Below are positions 24,680-34,760 of a stretch of DNA of 64,000 bases, piece after piece. Position numbers and translations under genes: made by a program. How positions within the stretch are numbered: position 1 is the stretch's first letter; each line of letters starts with the position of its first letter. Source of the DNA: Candidatus Liminaster caballi (GTDB taxonomy: Bacteria > Bacteroidota > Bacteroidia > Bacteroidales > UBA3663); NCBI GenBank assembly GCA_018065085.1, contig JAGHUA010000061.1:8991-72990 (forward strand). The letters are read 5' to 3'. The notes beneath the pieces were generated by a model. It did no database searches, was not told the origin of the DNA, and saw nothing but the letters and a program-made list of their open reading frames with translations.

Positions 24680-27433
24680 TTAGGGGAGTTTCGGCTTGAG
24701 TTCATCAGGCGAATCGTTGGTGAACATATTTACAGGGCCGGTCTCCATATTGAAGAAATGGCTTACGGTCTCGACATCGAGAGTGAGTGACGGACGGAAG
24801 TCATCGCTATGCATATAGTCAATGATGGCATTGCGCATCTGTCGGGCCACAAGACGCGAGTCAAGGTCGGACTCAATGTCGATGGTGGTGATGAGCAGAC
24901 GGCCGTTGAGCACATTTGCCTCGACCATCATGCCGAGTTTGCGGCTTACGTGCCATGTGTCGATAGGCTGGATGGGCGACTGATAGTCCTTTGGCAGTTC
25001 GAGAAGGTTCATGACCTGAGCCTTGTTGACAAGTTCCCACCAGTTGATGTTGGTCCAAGAGTCGGTAGGGAAGCCGTGGGCAAAGAGTGGATGCTGCTGG
25101 TCGATGTAGGCGCCGGTGGTGTGAGGCGGACGCATCTTGAACCAGCTGGTATTCCAGAACACAGGCAGATAATGCTGCACAACATCCTTGCCAAGCGTGA
25201 CGCGACCGGCAGCCGCAATCAGCACCGTGCCGCCGCGTTTCAGGGTCTTGATCGCCTTCTCGTCGAGACTGTTGGCGATGTAGATTCCCTTGGTCTTGGA
25301 CAGTTTCTGCTGCGGATAGACCCAGAAGTCCCAGGTGTTGAATGCCGAACCATCGACATCAACGCGCAGCGTGAGCTTGGACGGACTTGTGATGTCGGTC
25401 AGAGCGACGGCAACCTCGCCAAGAGCGATGTTCTTGCCCACAGGAATGTCCTTGACGCAGAGAGTGTCGCGGCGGAGAAGCGAACCGTCGGCAAAGGCGA
25501 TGGAGTAGGTGCAAGCGGCACGGCTGATGATGCCCGAACCGGCATTCATGACCTCGACGGGAACGTTGAGGGTTTCGCCTGCGCCGAACACAAACTTAGG
25601 GAAACGTGCAAGCGGCACGACAGGCTGGCAGAACTGACGCCACTGGTCGGCATTGCAATAACCCTTCTCAAGCCAGTGTACGTTGAGCACGCCTTCGAGT
25701 GCCGTACCCTGTCCGCTGTAGTCGTTGAGACCCAGGAGCTGGAAACCGGCATAGTCGGCCGTGCGCATGTTACGCTCAATCTCGTATTTATAGCACAGCG
25801 TCTGCAACATGCCGCTTGCCATGAGGAAAGGCTCTGCCATCTGTGTCATGCCGTTGTCGGCGAGCAGGTCGCGGAAGATCTCGAAATTACGGGCTTTGTA
25901 TGCACCTGTATATTGATCAATCTCCTTGAAGTCGGGGAACGCGCACCACTGTCCCTGTTCGTGGGCGATGATTGGCGTCTGGTTTGGCACCGAGTCCTTA
26001 TAGTTGCGTGGGAAGAGAATCTGACGGTAATAGTCATCGGCCGACTGCGGAGCATTATCGTCCCAACTAAGACCGCGCGCACCGCCCTTGACATGATACT
26101 GACTGCCATCGTCCCATGCCCAGCCGCCGCCGACACTTGCGCCGCAATAGACTCTCGACGCATCGTAGTCGTGCATCTTGCTGACCCAGTCGTTGCAATA
26201 TCTGACCCATCCGCCGGCAGGTTCGTTGCCAGCCGCCATCATGACGAGCGACGGATGATGGCCGTAAGTGTCGATGATGCTCTTGGTCTCGGACAGGAGA
26301 TACTTGTCGATGCTCATGCGCGAATTGAGTTTCACGCCGTGATTAGGCCATGACGGGCCTTCGGGCTGAAGGTAGATGCCAAGGCGGTCGGCAGCCGTGA
26401 AAGCTGCATCAGGCGGACAATAGCTGTGGAAGCGGACATGGTTGATGCCATATTCCTTGCATTTGCCCAACACGCGCATCCATGACTCGACATCGGTCGG
26501 CGGATAGCCGGTCTCAGGGAAACAGCAGTTCTCCACCGTGCCGCGCATCCAAATGGGATGTCCGTTGAGCAGGAACTGGCGATGGTCGATGGCAATCTCG
26601 CGCATACCGAATGTCACGTCGATAGCCATGCCGCGATAAACGACCGTGCGTGTGTGGAGCACAGGATGGAACTCGTCCCACGGTTCGGCATCCTTGCCCA
26701 TGTCGATCATGTAGGTCGTATCGTTGATTTGAATCTCGACCGAATGAGAGGCGAGATGCGGGATGACGTTCTTACGATAGATGAGAGGTCGGCGTTGCAG
26801 TTCGATGCGGCCTGCGATGCCGTTCCAGTTGCCCTGAGTCTGGTCGGTCACGCTGTGGGAGTCCTGTCCGACGCAAACGTTCTCTATACCATTATATATA
26901 TATATGAGTATTTCGTTGGACTGACCGGCGCGGATGTGGGACGTGAGATCGTACTGATGAGGCACAGACAGCGACATCTGATGACCGATGCTGTCGCCGT
27001 TGACAAACACGGTGGTCTCGATGTGAGGGCGTTCTAGGTAGAGCGTGACTGGCTGACCCTCCCAATCGGCAGGCACATCGATGGTACGGGCATAACAGGC
27101 TGTGCCGACGTAATGGCGTTCGGGCGTAAGGAAGAATGGGAACTTCATCTCGCCGTCATGCCTGTAGGCCTCCATGCGCGGATTGTAGTAGAACGACGAG
27201 TCGTAGAGCGAACCCGTCCATTGAGTGCCGACGGTCACAAGGTCGCCCTTGCCGTTGGTAAGCATGGAACCGGGCAGCGAGATATTGTCATCGAGAGTGG
27301 CAGACGGTCCCATTGAGAACCGCCATACGCCGCTAAGGTCGATGACGTCAGTGGAACAAATCTCCGTGCCCCATGCATCGCACAAGGCAAAAGAAACCAG
27401 AAGTGAAAAGACGAGACAGCGGAGATTTGTCAT
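24680..27433 (-). CDS. Glycoside hydrolase family 2 protein (beta-galactosidase/beta-glucuronidase-like)
   Basis: The ORF opens with a TTG at 27496, but a signal-peptide-like start MTNLRCLVFSLLVSFALCDA lies at 27433. Contains a GH2 sugar-binding-like N-terminus and TIM-barrel segments (NHVRFHSYCPPD, MMAAGNEP). Confidence 0.8.
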   Translation of the reverse strand: MTNLRCLVFSLLVSFALCDAWGTEICSTDVIDLSGVWRFSMGPSATLDDNISLPGSMLTNGKGDLVTVGTQWTGSLYDSSFYYNPRMEAYRHDGEMKFPFFLTPERHYVGTACYARTIDVPADWEGQPVTLYLERPHIETTVFVNGDSIGHQMSLSVPHQYDLTSHIRAGQSNEILIYIYNGIENVCVGQDSHSVTDQTQGNWNGIAGRIELQRRPLIYRKNVIPHLASHSVEIQINDTTYMIDMGKDAEPWDEFHPVLHTRTVVYRGMAIDVTFGMREIAIDHRQFLLNGHPIWMRGTVENCCFPETGYPPTDVESWMRVLGKCKEYGINHVRFHSYCPPDAAFTAADRLGIYLQPEGPSWPNHGVKLNSRMSIDKYLLSETKSIIDTYGHHPSLVMMAAGNEPAGGWVRYCNDWVSKMHDYDASRVYCGASVGGGWAWDDGSQYHVKGGARGLSWDDNAPQSADDYYRQILFPRNYKDSVPNQTPIIAHEQGQWCAFPDFKEIDQYTGAYKARNFEIFRDLLADNGMTQMAEPFLMASGMLQTLCYKYEIERNMRTADYAGFQLLGLNDYSGQGTALEGVLNVHWLEKGYCNADQWRQFCQPVVPLARFPKFVFGAGETLNVPVEVMNAGSGIISRAACTYSIAFADGSLLRRDTLCVKDIPVGKNIALGEVAVALTDITSPSKLTLRVDVDGSAFNTWDFWVYPQQKLSKTKGIYIANSLDEKAIKTLKRGGTVLIAAAGRVTLGKDVVQHYLPVFWNTSWFKMRPPHTTGAYIDQQHPLFAHGFPTDSWTNINWWELVNKAQVMNLLELPKDYQSPIQPIDTWHVSRKLGMMVEANVLNGRLLITTIDIESDLDSRLVARQMRNAIIDYMHSDDFRPSLTLDVETVSHFFNMETGPVNMFTNDSPDELKPKLP

Positions 27434-27583
27434 AGCGTAGGGAATCGGATCCGATTTTTGAAAAAACATGGCGATTATTGTACTATAATTCGGCAATTTG
27501 AATAAAAATGCTTATATTTGCCGCGGTAATTTGAATGAAACACTAATATCATCAATCACAAATCACAAATCATCAATCATAAT

Positions 27584-29938
27584 TTATTTGTCGAGTGTGA
27601 ACTTTGCAAATTTAAGAAGAAGAGTTTTGTCGCCCATAGTGTCGAAGTGAACGTTGATGCGGGCATTGTCGGCTGTGCCAGAAAGGTCGGTGATGGTGCC
27701 TTTGCCGAAACGGTCGTGTACGATGCGAGTACCTTTCTCAAGCAGGTGACCGCCAAAGGTTATGGACGTCTCGTGGCTAAGGGCATCGGTAGGACGTGTG
27801 GCCACCTTGCGCGGATGGTTGAGGTCTAAGACGGAACGGCGAGGCTGTTCTGCCGGACGCTGAGGCTCAGGCCGATAGGAGTTGCTGAATGTGCCAACTG
27901 TTCGTGACTCTCCGAATGTACCTCCGCCGGTAGAAAAGCCTCCGTCGCCATAGCTGGAAGTGGGCGAGCTGAGTGTCTGCACAAATCGCTGGTCAATGTC
28001 CTTGAGGAAACGACTCGGACGGCAGGCTTTTGACTGACCATTGCGGAAACGTGAACGGGCATAGCTGAGGAAACAGTTCTGTTCGGCACGTGTGATGGCA
28101 ACGTAGAAGAGTCGGCGCTCTTCCTCCACGCCGTTCGGTTCGTCGATCGACATGTCGGACGGCAGGAGATCCTCCTCGATGCCCACGATAAAGACATTCT
28201 GGAACTCCAGACCCTTGGCCTGATGGATGGTCATCATCGCTACGTAGTCGTGATTGGTATTTTCGTCCTCATTAGGCTCTACATCACCCGACAGAGAAAC
28301 GTCGGCGAGGAAATCGACCAACTGGGTGTGTTCGTTGCCCTCCTCTGCGCCCGAAATGACGAATGTCTGGATGGCGGTGAGCAGTTCCTCGACATTCTCA
28401 CGGCGAGACTTAGCCTCGATGCTCGTGTCACCAGCCAGGTCAGCCTTGATGCACGATTCGATGACAACGCGGCTGGTCAGTTCGTAGGCATTGAGCGTCT
28501 GGTTGAGCTCTTGGAAATGGCGTATCATCTGGGCAAAATCGGTCAGTTTCTTCTCCGTGCCACGGTTCACAGCCACACTGTGACCCACGGGATCGCTGCA
28601 AACCTCAAAGAGATTGGTGCCTGTGGTGCGCATAGCCTCGACAAGTTTGCCCACGGTGGTGTCGCCGATGCCGCGAGCCGGATAGTTGACAACGCGCTTG
28701 AACGACTCCTCGTCGGCAGGATTGATGATGAGACGCAGATAGGCGAGTACGTCCTTGATCTCCTTGCGCTGGTAGAACGACAGACCACCGAAGATACGGT
28801 ATTCGATGCCACGCTTGCGCAACGCTTCCTCAAGAGTGCGGCTCTGGGCGTTGGTGCGATAGAGCACGGCGCAGTCGGCATAGTGAAATCCTTCCTGCTT
28901 ATGGAGGGCTTCGATGCGCTGGGCCACCTGATAGGCTTCCTCAAGGTCGCTGTAACTGCCGGAAAGGCGCAACAAAGAGCCGCGTTCCTTTTGGCTGAAA
29001 ATGGTCTTGCGTATCTGTTCGCGGTTCTTCGAAATAAGGCTGTTGGCGGCATCGACGATGTTCTGTGTCGAACGGTAATTCTGTTCGAGTTTGAATATTT
29101 TGATGTCTGGAATTTGCTTGCTTAAATCCAGGATATTTCTAATATTTGCTCCGCGAAACGAATAGATGCTCTGAGCGTCATCACCGACGACGCACAGATG
29201 ACGATGCTGACGTGACAGCTGTTCGACGATCATGTGCTGAGCGCGGTTGGTGTCCTGATACTCATCGACGAGGACATATTTAAAATAATCCTGATAGAAT
29301 TGCAGTACGTCGGGATGGTCGCGGAAGAGGATGTTGGTGTAGAGCAGGAGATCGTCAAAGTCCATAGCCCCGGCCTGCTGGCATCGGTTCCAATAGTTTA
29401 CATAAATCTCTGACGTGCGCGGACGGCGTGCCTGCTGGTCGTACATGATCAACTCGCGGTTGGCCATATACATGCTGGGCGTGACGAGGTTATTCTTGGC
29501 GTTGCTGATGATGGCCTGAATGGAATTAGGCTTATACTGCTTATCGTCGAGGCCCATCTCCTTGATGATAGCCTTGACCAGATTGCGTGAGTCCTGCTGA
29601 TCGTAGATGGTGAAGTCATGCGGGAAACCGATGCGCTCTGCCTCACGGCGCAGGATGCGGCTGAAGAGCGAGTGGAACGTGCCCATCCAAAGACGGCGTG
29701 CGCGACCTGCTCCGACGAGTTCCTGGATACGGTTCTGCATCTCGGTGGCAGCCTTCTTGGTGAAGGTGAGAGCGATGATATCCGATGGTTCGTAGCCGTG
29801 TTGCAACAGGTAGGCAATCTTCATTGTCAGCACTCGGGTCTTGCCTGAACCAGCTCCTGCAATAACAAGTTGCGGGCCGTCGCAGTATTCTACGGCAGCC
29901 CTTTGTGCAGGATTCAAAGAATCGAGATAGTTTTCCAC
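27584..29938 (-). CDS. ATP-dependent DNA helicase, UvrD/PcrA/Rep family
   Basis: 784 aa. Helicase motifs LNPAQRAAVE, AGAGSGKTRVLT, VLVDEYQDTN, TIHQAKGLEF and YVAITRA. Confidence 0.9.
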   Translation of the reverse strand: MENYLDSLNPAQRAAVEYCDGPQLVIAGAGSGKTRVLTMKIAYLLQHGYEPSDIIALTFTKKAATEMQNRIQELVGAGRARRLWMGTFHSLFSRILRREAERIGFPHDFTIYDQQDSRNLVKAIIKEMGLDDKQYKPNSIQAIISNAKNNLVTPSMYMANRELIMYDQQARRPRTSEIYVNYWNRCQQAGAMDFDDLLLYTNILFRDHPDVLQFYQDYFKYVLVDEYQDTNRAQHMIVEQLSRQHRHLCVVGDDAQSIYSFRGANIRNILDLSKQIPDIKIFKLEQNYRSTQNIVDAANSLISKNREQIRKTIFSQKERGSLLRLSGSYSDLEEAYQVAQRIEALHKQEGFHYADCAVLYRTNAQSRTLEEALRKRGIEYRIFGGLSFYQRKEIKDVLAYLRLIINPADEESFKRVVNYPARGIGDTTVGKLVEAMRTTGTNLFEVCSDPVGHSVAVNRGTEKKLTDFAQMIRHFQELNQTLNAYELTSRVVIESCIKADLAGDTSIEAKSRRENVEELLTAIQTFVISGAEEGNEHTQLVDFLADVSLSGDVEPNEDENTNHDYVAMMTIHQAKGLEFQNVFIVGIEEDLLPSDMSIDEPNGVEEERRLFYVAITRAEQNCFLSYARSRFRNGQSKACRPSRFLKDIDQRFVQTLSSPTSSYGDGGFSTGGGTFGESRTVGTFSNSYRPEPQRPAEQPRRSVLDLNHPRKVATRPTDALSHETSITFGGHLLEKGTRIVHDRFGKGTITDLSGTADNARINVHFDTMGDKTLLLKFAKFTLDK

Positions 29939-29993
29939 GTGGGGAAATGTTTGTGTGTTAATGTCGTGTGATGTTTGAGAATGCCGGTCGGAA

Positions 29994-31739
29994 TCAGAAA
30001 CGGAAACCGAGGGTAAGGTTCCAGTCCATCACACGGCTCTTCATTTCGATATGGTCGCCCTTAACGGCTCCGTCAGCCTCGTCCTGACTCATTCTGGTGC
30101 CAATGTATGCATCGGTGGTAGGGTAGGCTGCGATGACTTCGTTCGACATGCGGTTGACGAAAGCGAGGTCGATGAACCAGTGTTCGCCACGCCAGCCGAG
30201 ACCGGCTGTGATATACTGCTGATTGTCGAGCAGCGAGTAGTTAGGCTTGGTCGATGAGTCGAAGAGCAGAGTGTTGTCATCGTTAGGCATCGGATTGCGG
30301 CTGGCATCGACATCCATGAATCCACGGCTAACGCCACCCTGCAGCATCTCGCTCTTGAACGGCGATGTACGGTAGGCATAGCCAAGACGGGCACTCAGAT
30401 TAGGGAGGATACGATATTCACCGCCCACCTTGATGGTGTGCTGAAGGGCGGCATTGTCCTTCATGAGACTGTTGGTGCGGTCGTAGATCGAAGTATCCCA
30501 CTCATAATCGTCGGTATAGAACTTCTGAGATGTGAAGTCCTTCATGTCGTACTCCACGCTGATCAGTCCCTTGCGGCCAAGGATGGCGGCAAAGCTTACC
30601 TGATATTCCCAAGGCGAGAAATAGCGGTAGTCATACTCGTAGGTTCCGCCGCCCGAATAGTCGGTGTTCTCAGGTGCATCGGTGATCATTCGGCCCGAAT
30701 AGATATCGGTCATGTGCATCCATGTAGGAGTGTGGACAGCCACGCCGATGCGGAAAGCGTCAGACGGACGGATGATGATGCCTGCCTTGAGGTTGACGCC
30801 CGAACCCTTTGTCTCTATGTCATTCTGATATTCGGTGTAAGGACCTGCGTAGTTGCGCTGATAATCCTCGTTGAACTCAGTCGAGACGAATGAGTTAAAG
30901 TCGCTGATGCTCAGGGTAAGACCGCCGTAGATCATGTCGTCCCAGTTGCCTGAGAGACTGATGTTATACTCGTCGTTGCGGTTCTGCTCCCAGACCTTAA
31001 GGCGCTGGAACGTGCCTTCGACCAGTCCGTCAGGGTTGGCGGTATTGTATGCCTCCACGCCGTCGAAGCCCAGCGGTTTGTTGCCGGGACCGTAGCCGGT
31101 GGCGCGGTTGTCGATGGCAAGACAGTCGTAGCCAAAGATGGCTGTGAGTGGGAAATCATTGTCCTCCCAGCCGCCATTGACGTCGCCCATGTAACCGGGA
31201 TCGCCCATCAGTCCCTTGTAGCGGAGCATGTTGTTGGAACGTGTGGCAAGATACTGTCCGAACGAACTGCGCGGATTGTTCAGCACCATCTGATAGCGGC
31301 GGTTGGTGCCGGCCGAGTGGTTGAATCCCACGCCGACGTTGAAGTTGACAAGATGTTCGCATGTGGGAGTCTTGAAAGAAGCCACGTAAGCGAGGTTATC
31401 GACGGCAAAGTCGGTCTTGTTGATCTTATGTTCGAGCGAGGCATTGACAGTAGTGCGGTTGAGCGAGAGCGACGGAGAGAAGCTCATCATGTTCGTGCCG
31501 CGAAGCACAGCGATGCCAGCAGGATTGTCGCCCATGCACGATACGTCACCGCCCACGGCTCCCATGGCTCCTGCCATCGACATGTAGCGGGCAGAACCTG
31601 TGATGTCTGTCGATCCGAATCGTGTGGCATCGGCCATGTTCTGTGCGTTGGCAGCTGCCATTGCCGAGATGCCGAGGATCGATGTGAAGAATAGTCTATT
31701 GTTAAGTATGTGTCTCATTTTCGTCAATAATAAAGTCAT
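29994..31739 (-). CDS. Outer-membrane beta-barrel protein, FadL/PorV-like
   Basis: 581 aa with a signal peptide (ISAMAAANAQ). N-terminal SARYMSMAGAMGAVGGDVSCMGDNPAGIA is typical of FadL/OMPP1-type barrels. Ends in aromatic LTLGFRF. An alternative start lies at 31718. Confidence 0.55.
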   Translation of the reverse strand: MTLLLTKMRHILNNRLFFTSILGISAMAAANAQNMADATRFGSTDITGSARYMSMAGAMGAVGGDVSCMGDNPAGIAVLRGTNMMSFSPSLSLNRTTVNASLEHKINKTDFAVDNLAYVASFKTPTCEHLVNFNVGVGFNHSAGTNRRYQMVLNNPRSSFGQYLATRSNNMLRYKGLMGDPGYMGDVNGGWEDNDFPLTAIFGYDCLAIDNRATGYGPGNKPLGFDGVEAYNTANPDGLVEGTFQRLKVWEQNRNDEYNISLSGNWDDMIYGGLTLSISDFNSFVSTEFNEDYQRNYAGPYTEYQNDIETKGSGVNLKAGIIIRPSDAFRIGVAVHTPTWMHMTDIYSGRMITDAPENTDYSGGGTYEYDYRYFSPWEYQVSFAAILGRKGLISVEYDMKDFTSQKFYTDDYEWDTSIYDRTNSLMKDNAALQHTIKVGGEYRILPNLSARLGYAYRTSPFKSEMLQGGVSRGFMDVDASRNPMPNDDNTLLFDSSTKPNYSLLDNQQYITAGLGWRGEHWFIDLAFVNRMSNEVIAAYPTTDAYIGTRMSQDEADGAVKGDHIEMKSRVMDWNLTLGFRF

Positions 31740-31748
31740 TTGGAATGC

Positions 31749-32855
31749 TTATCGGCGACCGCCGCGTGAACCGCCACCGCCTACACTGCCGCTGCTGCGC
31801 GAAGGAGCGCTGTATGAACTGCTGCTGCGTGTCGGGCTGCTGCTGCGCGAAGGTGTGCTGTAGGATGAAGTTGAGCGGGAACTCTGCGTAGGAGTACTCT
31901 GTGTGCCACGGTATGCCGAGCTGTTGCTGGTGCGGTTAGTGGTATTTGTCTCGCGGCTGGCGGCCTTGGTGCGCTGGGTCACAGCCTGACGTGTGGCATT
32001 GGCCGAACTTGTGCGGTTGGTGTTGGCTGAGCTTGTGCGGTTGGTCGAAGCCTTGCGACCGGTGGTTGCAGCCGGAGTGGCTGTGGGGCGGGATGTTGTG
32101 CCGGCATTGCCACGCATATTGCTCATGCCGCGCATGTTGCTGTTGCGAGCCACCGATGTGCTGCTAAATCCGCGATGATTGGCTGTGAGCGGAGTGCGTG
32201 TGTTGCTGCCCACGTTGTTGCGGTTGCCACGGTTGCGGTGGTTGATGGTGTTACCCCAGTGTGAACCGCCGACGCCGACCGATGTGCCTGGACCGAAGTG
32301 ATGCGGCTGGAGTGGGTAGTATGGAGAATACCAACCGCCGTACCATCCTGCATAGTAGCCAGGATTCCAGCCCACATACCATGAACCCCAGTGATAGCCG
32401 AAGCTTGGTGTGCGCCACCACCATGGATCCCAATAGCAGTAATCCCAGTAGAATGGGTCATAGTAGGCCACATCATACCAAGGAGAATAGGCATAGAATC
32501 CGAACAGAGAGTTGTGGAAACGGTGGATGCGGTAGCTGTAGGCATAAGGATCGACCTCCACCTCCTTGACCACGAGTATAACGGTGTCGCGCTGTGTCTT
32601 GGCATTGCCCAGGAGGGACGCAGCCTTGGTGTCGTCATCGTCAGACGAGGTGAGCGAGGCGTCACCGCGACGGTTGTAGGCGTCGATGTCCCAGTCGTCG
32701 TTGGCATCGGTGCTCCAATCTTCTGTGGCTTCATATATTGCTTTCTTTGCTGCCTTCTTGCTGAAATAGATGTCGTCATCAACCTCTGCGCGTGCAGGAG
32801 TTGTAACCGAAACGGCAAGCATTGCTGCCATCAATGAGATAATCAACTTTTTCAT
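31749..32855 (-). CDS. Secreted Trp/Tyr-rich protein with a Ser/Thr/Arg/Asn-rich low-complexity tail
   Basis: 368 aa with a signal peptide (AVSVTTPARAE) and a DDDIYF motif. Has an aromatic block YYDPFYWDYCYWDPWWWRTPSFGYHWGSWYVGWNPGYYAGWYGGWYSPYY. The C-terminal ~170 aa are S/T/R/N repeats. Lies directly upstream of the beta-barrel gene. Confidence 0.6.
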   Translation of the reverse strand: MKKLIISLMAAMLAVSVTTPARAEVDDDIYFSKKAAKKAIYEATEDWSTDANDDWDIDAYNRRGDASLTSSDDDDTKAASLLGNAKTQRDTVILVVKEVEVDPYAYSYRIHRFHNSLFGFYAYSPWYDVAYYDPFYWDYCYWDPWWWRTPSFGYHWGSWYVGWNPGYYAGWYGGWYSPYYPLQPHHFGPGTSVGVGGSHWGNTINHRNRGNRNNVGSNTRTPLTANHRGFSSTSVARNSNMRGMSNMRGNAGTTSRPTATPAATTGRKASTNRTSSANTNRTSSANATRQAVTQRTKAASRETNTTNRTSNSSAYRGTQSTPTQSSRSTSSYSTPSRSSSPTRSSSSYSAPSRSSGSVGGGGSRGGRR

Positions 32856-32974
32856 AACGCGTATTTGTTTTGTGGTTCTTTGCCAATATGACCCCGATAT
32901 TGCAAATAGGTTTAATTTTGCGGTTCGGAATTATTTTTTTATTATTTGCGCGACAAAAATAAGAAAAAAGTACG

Positions 32975-32982
32975 TATCTTTG
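32975..32982 (+). promoter_or_regulatory. Bacteroidetes -7 promoter box (TATCTTTG)
   Basis: Matches TAnnTTTG 100 nt upstream of the prmA ATG. Confidence 0.4.
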
Positions 32983-33081
32983 CGCACGAAACAGTGACTT
33001 TAACTATTTTTTTAGTGTTTTTTTACACTTCACACGCAATTAATAATAGTTTTACAACATATTTTTAAGCATTTTCGCACT

Positions 33082-33885
33082 ATGAATTACATCGAACTGA
33101 CCGTCTCCATCGACCCAATGAGCGAGGACAACGCCGACATTCTTGCTGCCATGCTGGCTCCGCTCGGCTACGACAGTTTCTCGACCGAGGAGGACTGCCT
33201 GAAGGCCTATTGTCCGCAAAATATGTTCGACGCCTACAGCCTCACCGACTGTCTGGCTGAGTTCCCCATCGACGGAGTGAAGTTCGACTGGTGGCAGCAT
33301 GAGGTCGAGACGCAGGATTGGAACGCACAATGGGAGTCGGAACATGCAACCGAACCTATCGCGTTCGGCGAACATACCATCGTGATTCATCCGCACATGT
33401 CGTTTGGCAGCGGTCATCATGAGACCACCTCCCAGCTGCTCGGCGAGATCGGCCGACAGCAGCTCGATGGCAGGACGGTGCTTGATATGGGCACGGGAAC
33501 AGGTGTCCTTGCCATTGCCGCAGCGCTCAAGGGAGCCACACATGTGCGTGCCATCGAGATTGACGACTGGGTGGCTGACAACGCACGCGACAATGTCCTT
33601 GCCAATGATCTGGCGGGCCGCATCGTGGTGGAATGCGGAGATGCGGCGCTTCTGGCTGACGGCATGATGTATGACCTCGTGCTTGCCAACATCAACCGCA
33701 ACGTGCTCCTCGCCGATATGGAGGCCTACGTATCGCACATGAACAGCCAGGCCACCCTGCTGATGAGCGGATTCTATGAGGCTGACGTACCTGCGATACG
33801 CCAGTGTGCCGAGGCGCTTGGATTGACCTACATCGCACATCAGAGCATGAACGACTGGGTGGTGATCCGTTTTCAGAAAAATTGA
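33082..33885 (+). CDS. prmA: Ribosomal protein L11 methyltransferase
   Basis: 267 aa with a PrmA-type N-terminus (YIELTV...) and the SAM-binding motif VLDMGTGTGVLAIAAALKGA. Confidence 0.85.
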   Translation: MNYIELTVSIDPMSEDNADILAAMLAPLGYDSFSTEEDCLKAYCPQNMFDAYSLTDCLAEFPIDGVKFDWWQHEVETQDWNAQWESEHATEPIAFGEHTIVIHPHMSFGSGHHETTSQLLGEIGRQQLDGRTVLDMGTGTGVLAIAAALKGATHVRAIEIDDWVADNARDNVLANDLAGRIVVECGDAALLADGMMYDLVLANINRNVLLADMEAYVSHMNSQATLLMSGFYEADVPAIRQCAEALGLTYIAHQSMNDWVVIRFQKN

Positions 33886-33894
33886 TCAGACATT

Positions 33895-34455
33895 ATGATA
33901 CCGGAACTCGAAAACCGCAAGTGGAAGGTGCTTGAAAGCCAGCGCCTGTTGAACAAGGGAACATGGATGAACCTGCGTCAGGAACGTGTGCAACTGCCTT
34001 CGGGCAGCATCGTGCCTGAATGGTTCGTGCTCGAATTTCCTGATTGGATCAATGTGATTGCCATCACCAAGGACGGACATTTCGTCATGGAGGATCAGTA
34101 TCGCCATGCCCTCGGACAGACACACTTTGAACTCGTGGCTGGCGTGATCGACCCGGGTGAGACTCCGCTCGAAGCTGCCAAACGTGAGCTCAGCGAGGAG
34201 ACGGGCTTCGGCGGCGGCAACTGGTCGCTGTTCATGACCGTTTCGCCCAACCCGACCAACCACACCAATCTCAGCTACACTTTCCTCGCTACGGACGTTG
34301 AGAAACTGTCCGATCAGCATCAGGAGGCAACGGAGGACATACATGTGGACATCTTCACTCGTGACGAGGTGCTCGAACTGCTCAACACGGGCAGGATCAT
34401 TCAGGCTTTGCACATTGCGCCTCTCTGGAAGTATTTCGCTACTACAGGCAAATGA
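33895..34455 (+). CDS. NUDIX hydrolase (ADP-ribose pyrophosphatase-like)
   Basis: Nudix box GVIDPGETPLEAAKRELSEETGF. Confidence 0.9.
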   Translation: MIPELENRKWKVLESQRLLNKGTWMNLRQERVQLPSGSIVPEWFVLEFPDWINVIAITKDGHFVMEDQYRHALGQTHFELVAGVIDPGETPLEAAKRELSEETGFGGGNWSLFMTVSPNPTNHTNLSYTFLATDVEKLSDQHQEATEDIHVDIFTRDEVLELLNTGRIIQALHIAPLWKYFATTGK

Positions 34456-34754
34456 ATCTCCTGTTCTCCAACCCTCGTATGTTGTGCGTTGTAATCGCGT
34501 ACCTTGTCATTGTCAGCCTTGTCACTTTCATCGCATACGGCATTGACAAATGGAAAGCGCGTCGCCAGCGCTGGCGCATCCCGGAATCTGCTCTTATCTG
34601 GCTGGCGGTTGCCGGTGGTTCCATCGCCGCGCTTTTTGCCATGCGCCTGTTTCATCACAAGACTCTGCACAAGAAATTTACTATTGGCATTCCTGTCATT
34701 CTTCTCGCTCAGCTTGCTCTGACTGCTTACCTTATCTTCGGAAATGCCAAATAA
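34452..34754 (+). CDS. DUF1294-family small membrane protein
   Basis: 100 aa. The segment IAYGIDKWKARRQRWRIPESALIWLAVAGGSIAALFAMRLFHHKTLHKKF is characteristic of DUF1294. Overlaps the Nudix stop by 4 nt. Confidence 0.8.
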   Translation: MNLLFSNPRMLCVVIAYLVIVSLVTFIAYGIDKWKARRQRWRIPESALIWLAVAGGSIAALFAMRLFHHKTLHKKFTIGIPVILLAQLALTAYLIFGNAK

Positions 34755-34760
34755 CCTGTT

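Noticed and set aside
24809-26353. Long antisense ORFs opposite real genes. Examples: 24809..26353 (514 aa), 23673..24683, 28223..29125, 33052..33840, 37963..39051, 40857..41981, 42057..42893, 56636..57862, 58023..58835 and 4007..4813.
   Set aside because: Each lies antisense to a gene with clear family motifs (GH2, aguB, helicase, prmA, yihY, rluD, ddl, porN, miaA, tolC). Their translations are low-complexity and Arg/His/Val/Asp-rich with no recognisable motifs. They are typical mirror ORFs of codon-biased, GC-balanced genes.
27513-27583. Plus-strand TATATTTG promoter-like box followed by ATCA[C/T]CAA-type short repeats (CATCAATCACAAATCACAAATCATCAATCA), lying between the helicase stop and the GH2 start.
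   Set aside because: No plus-strand ORF or structured element follows, and the next plus-strand sequence is antisense to the helicase gene. A single octamer match in AT-rich DNA is expected by chance. The short repeat is only ~35 bp.
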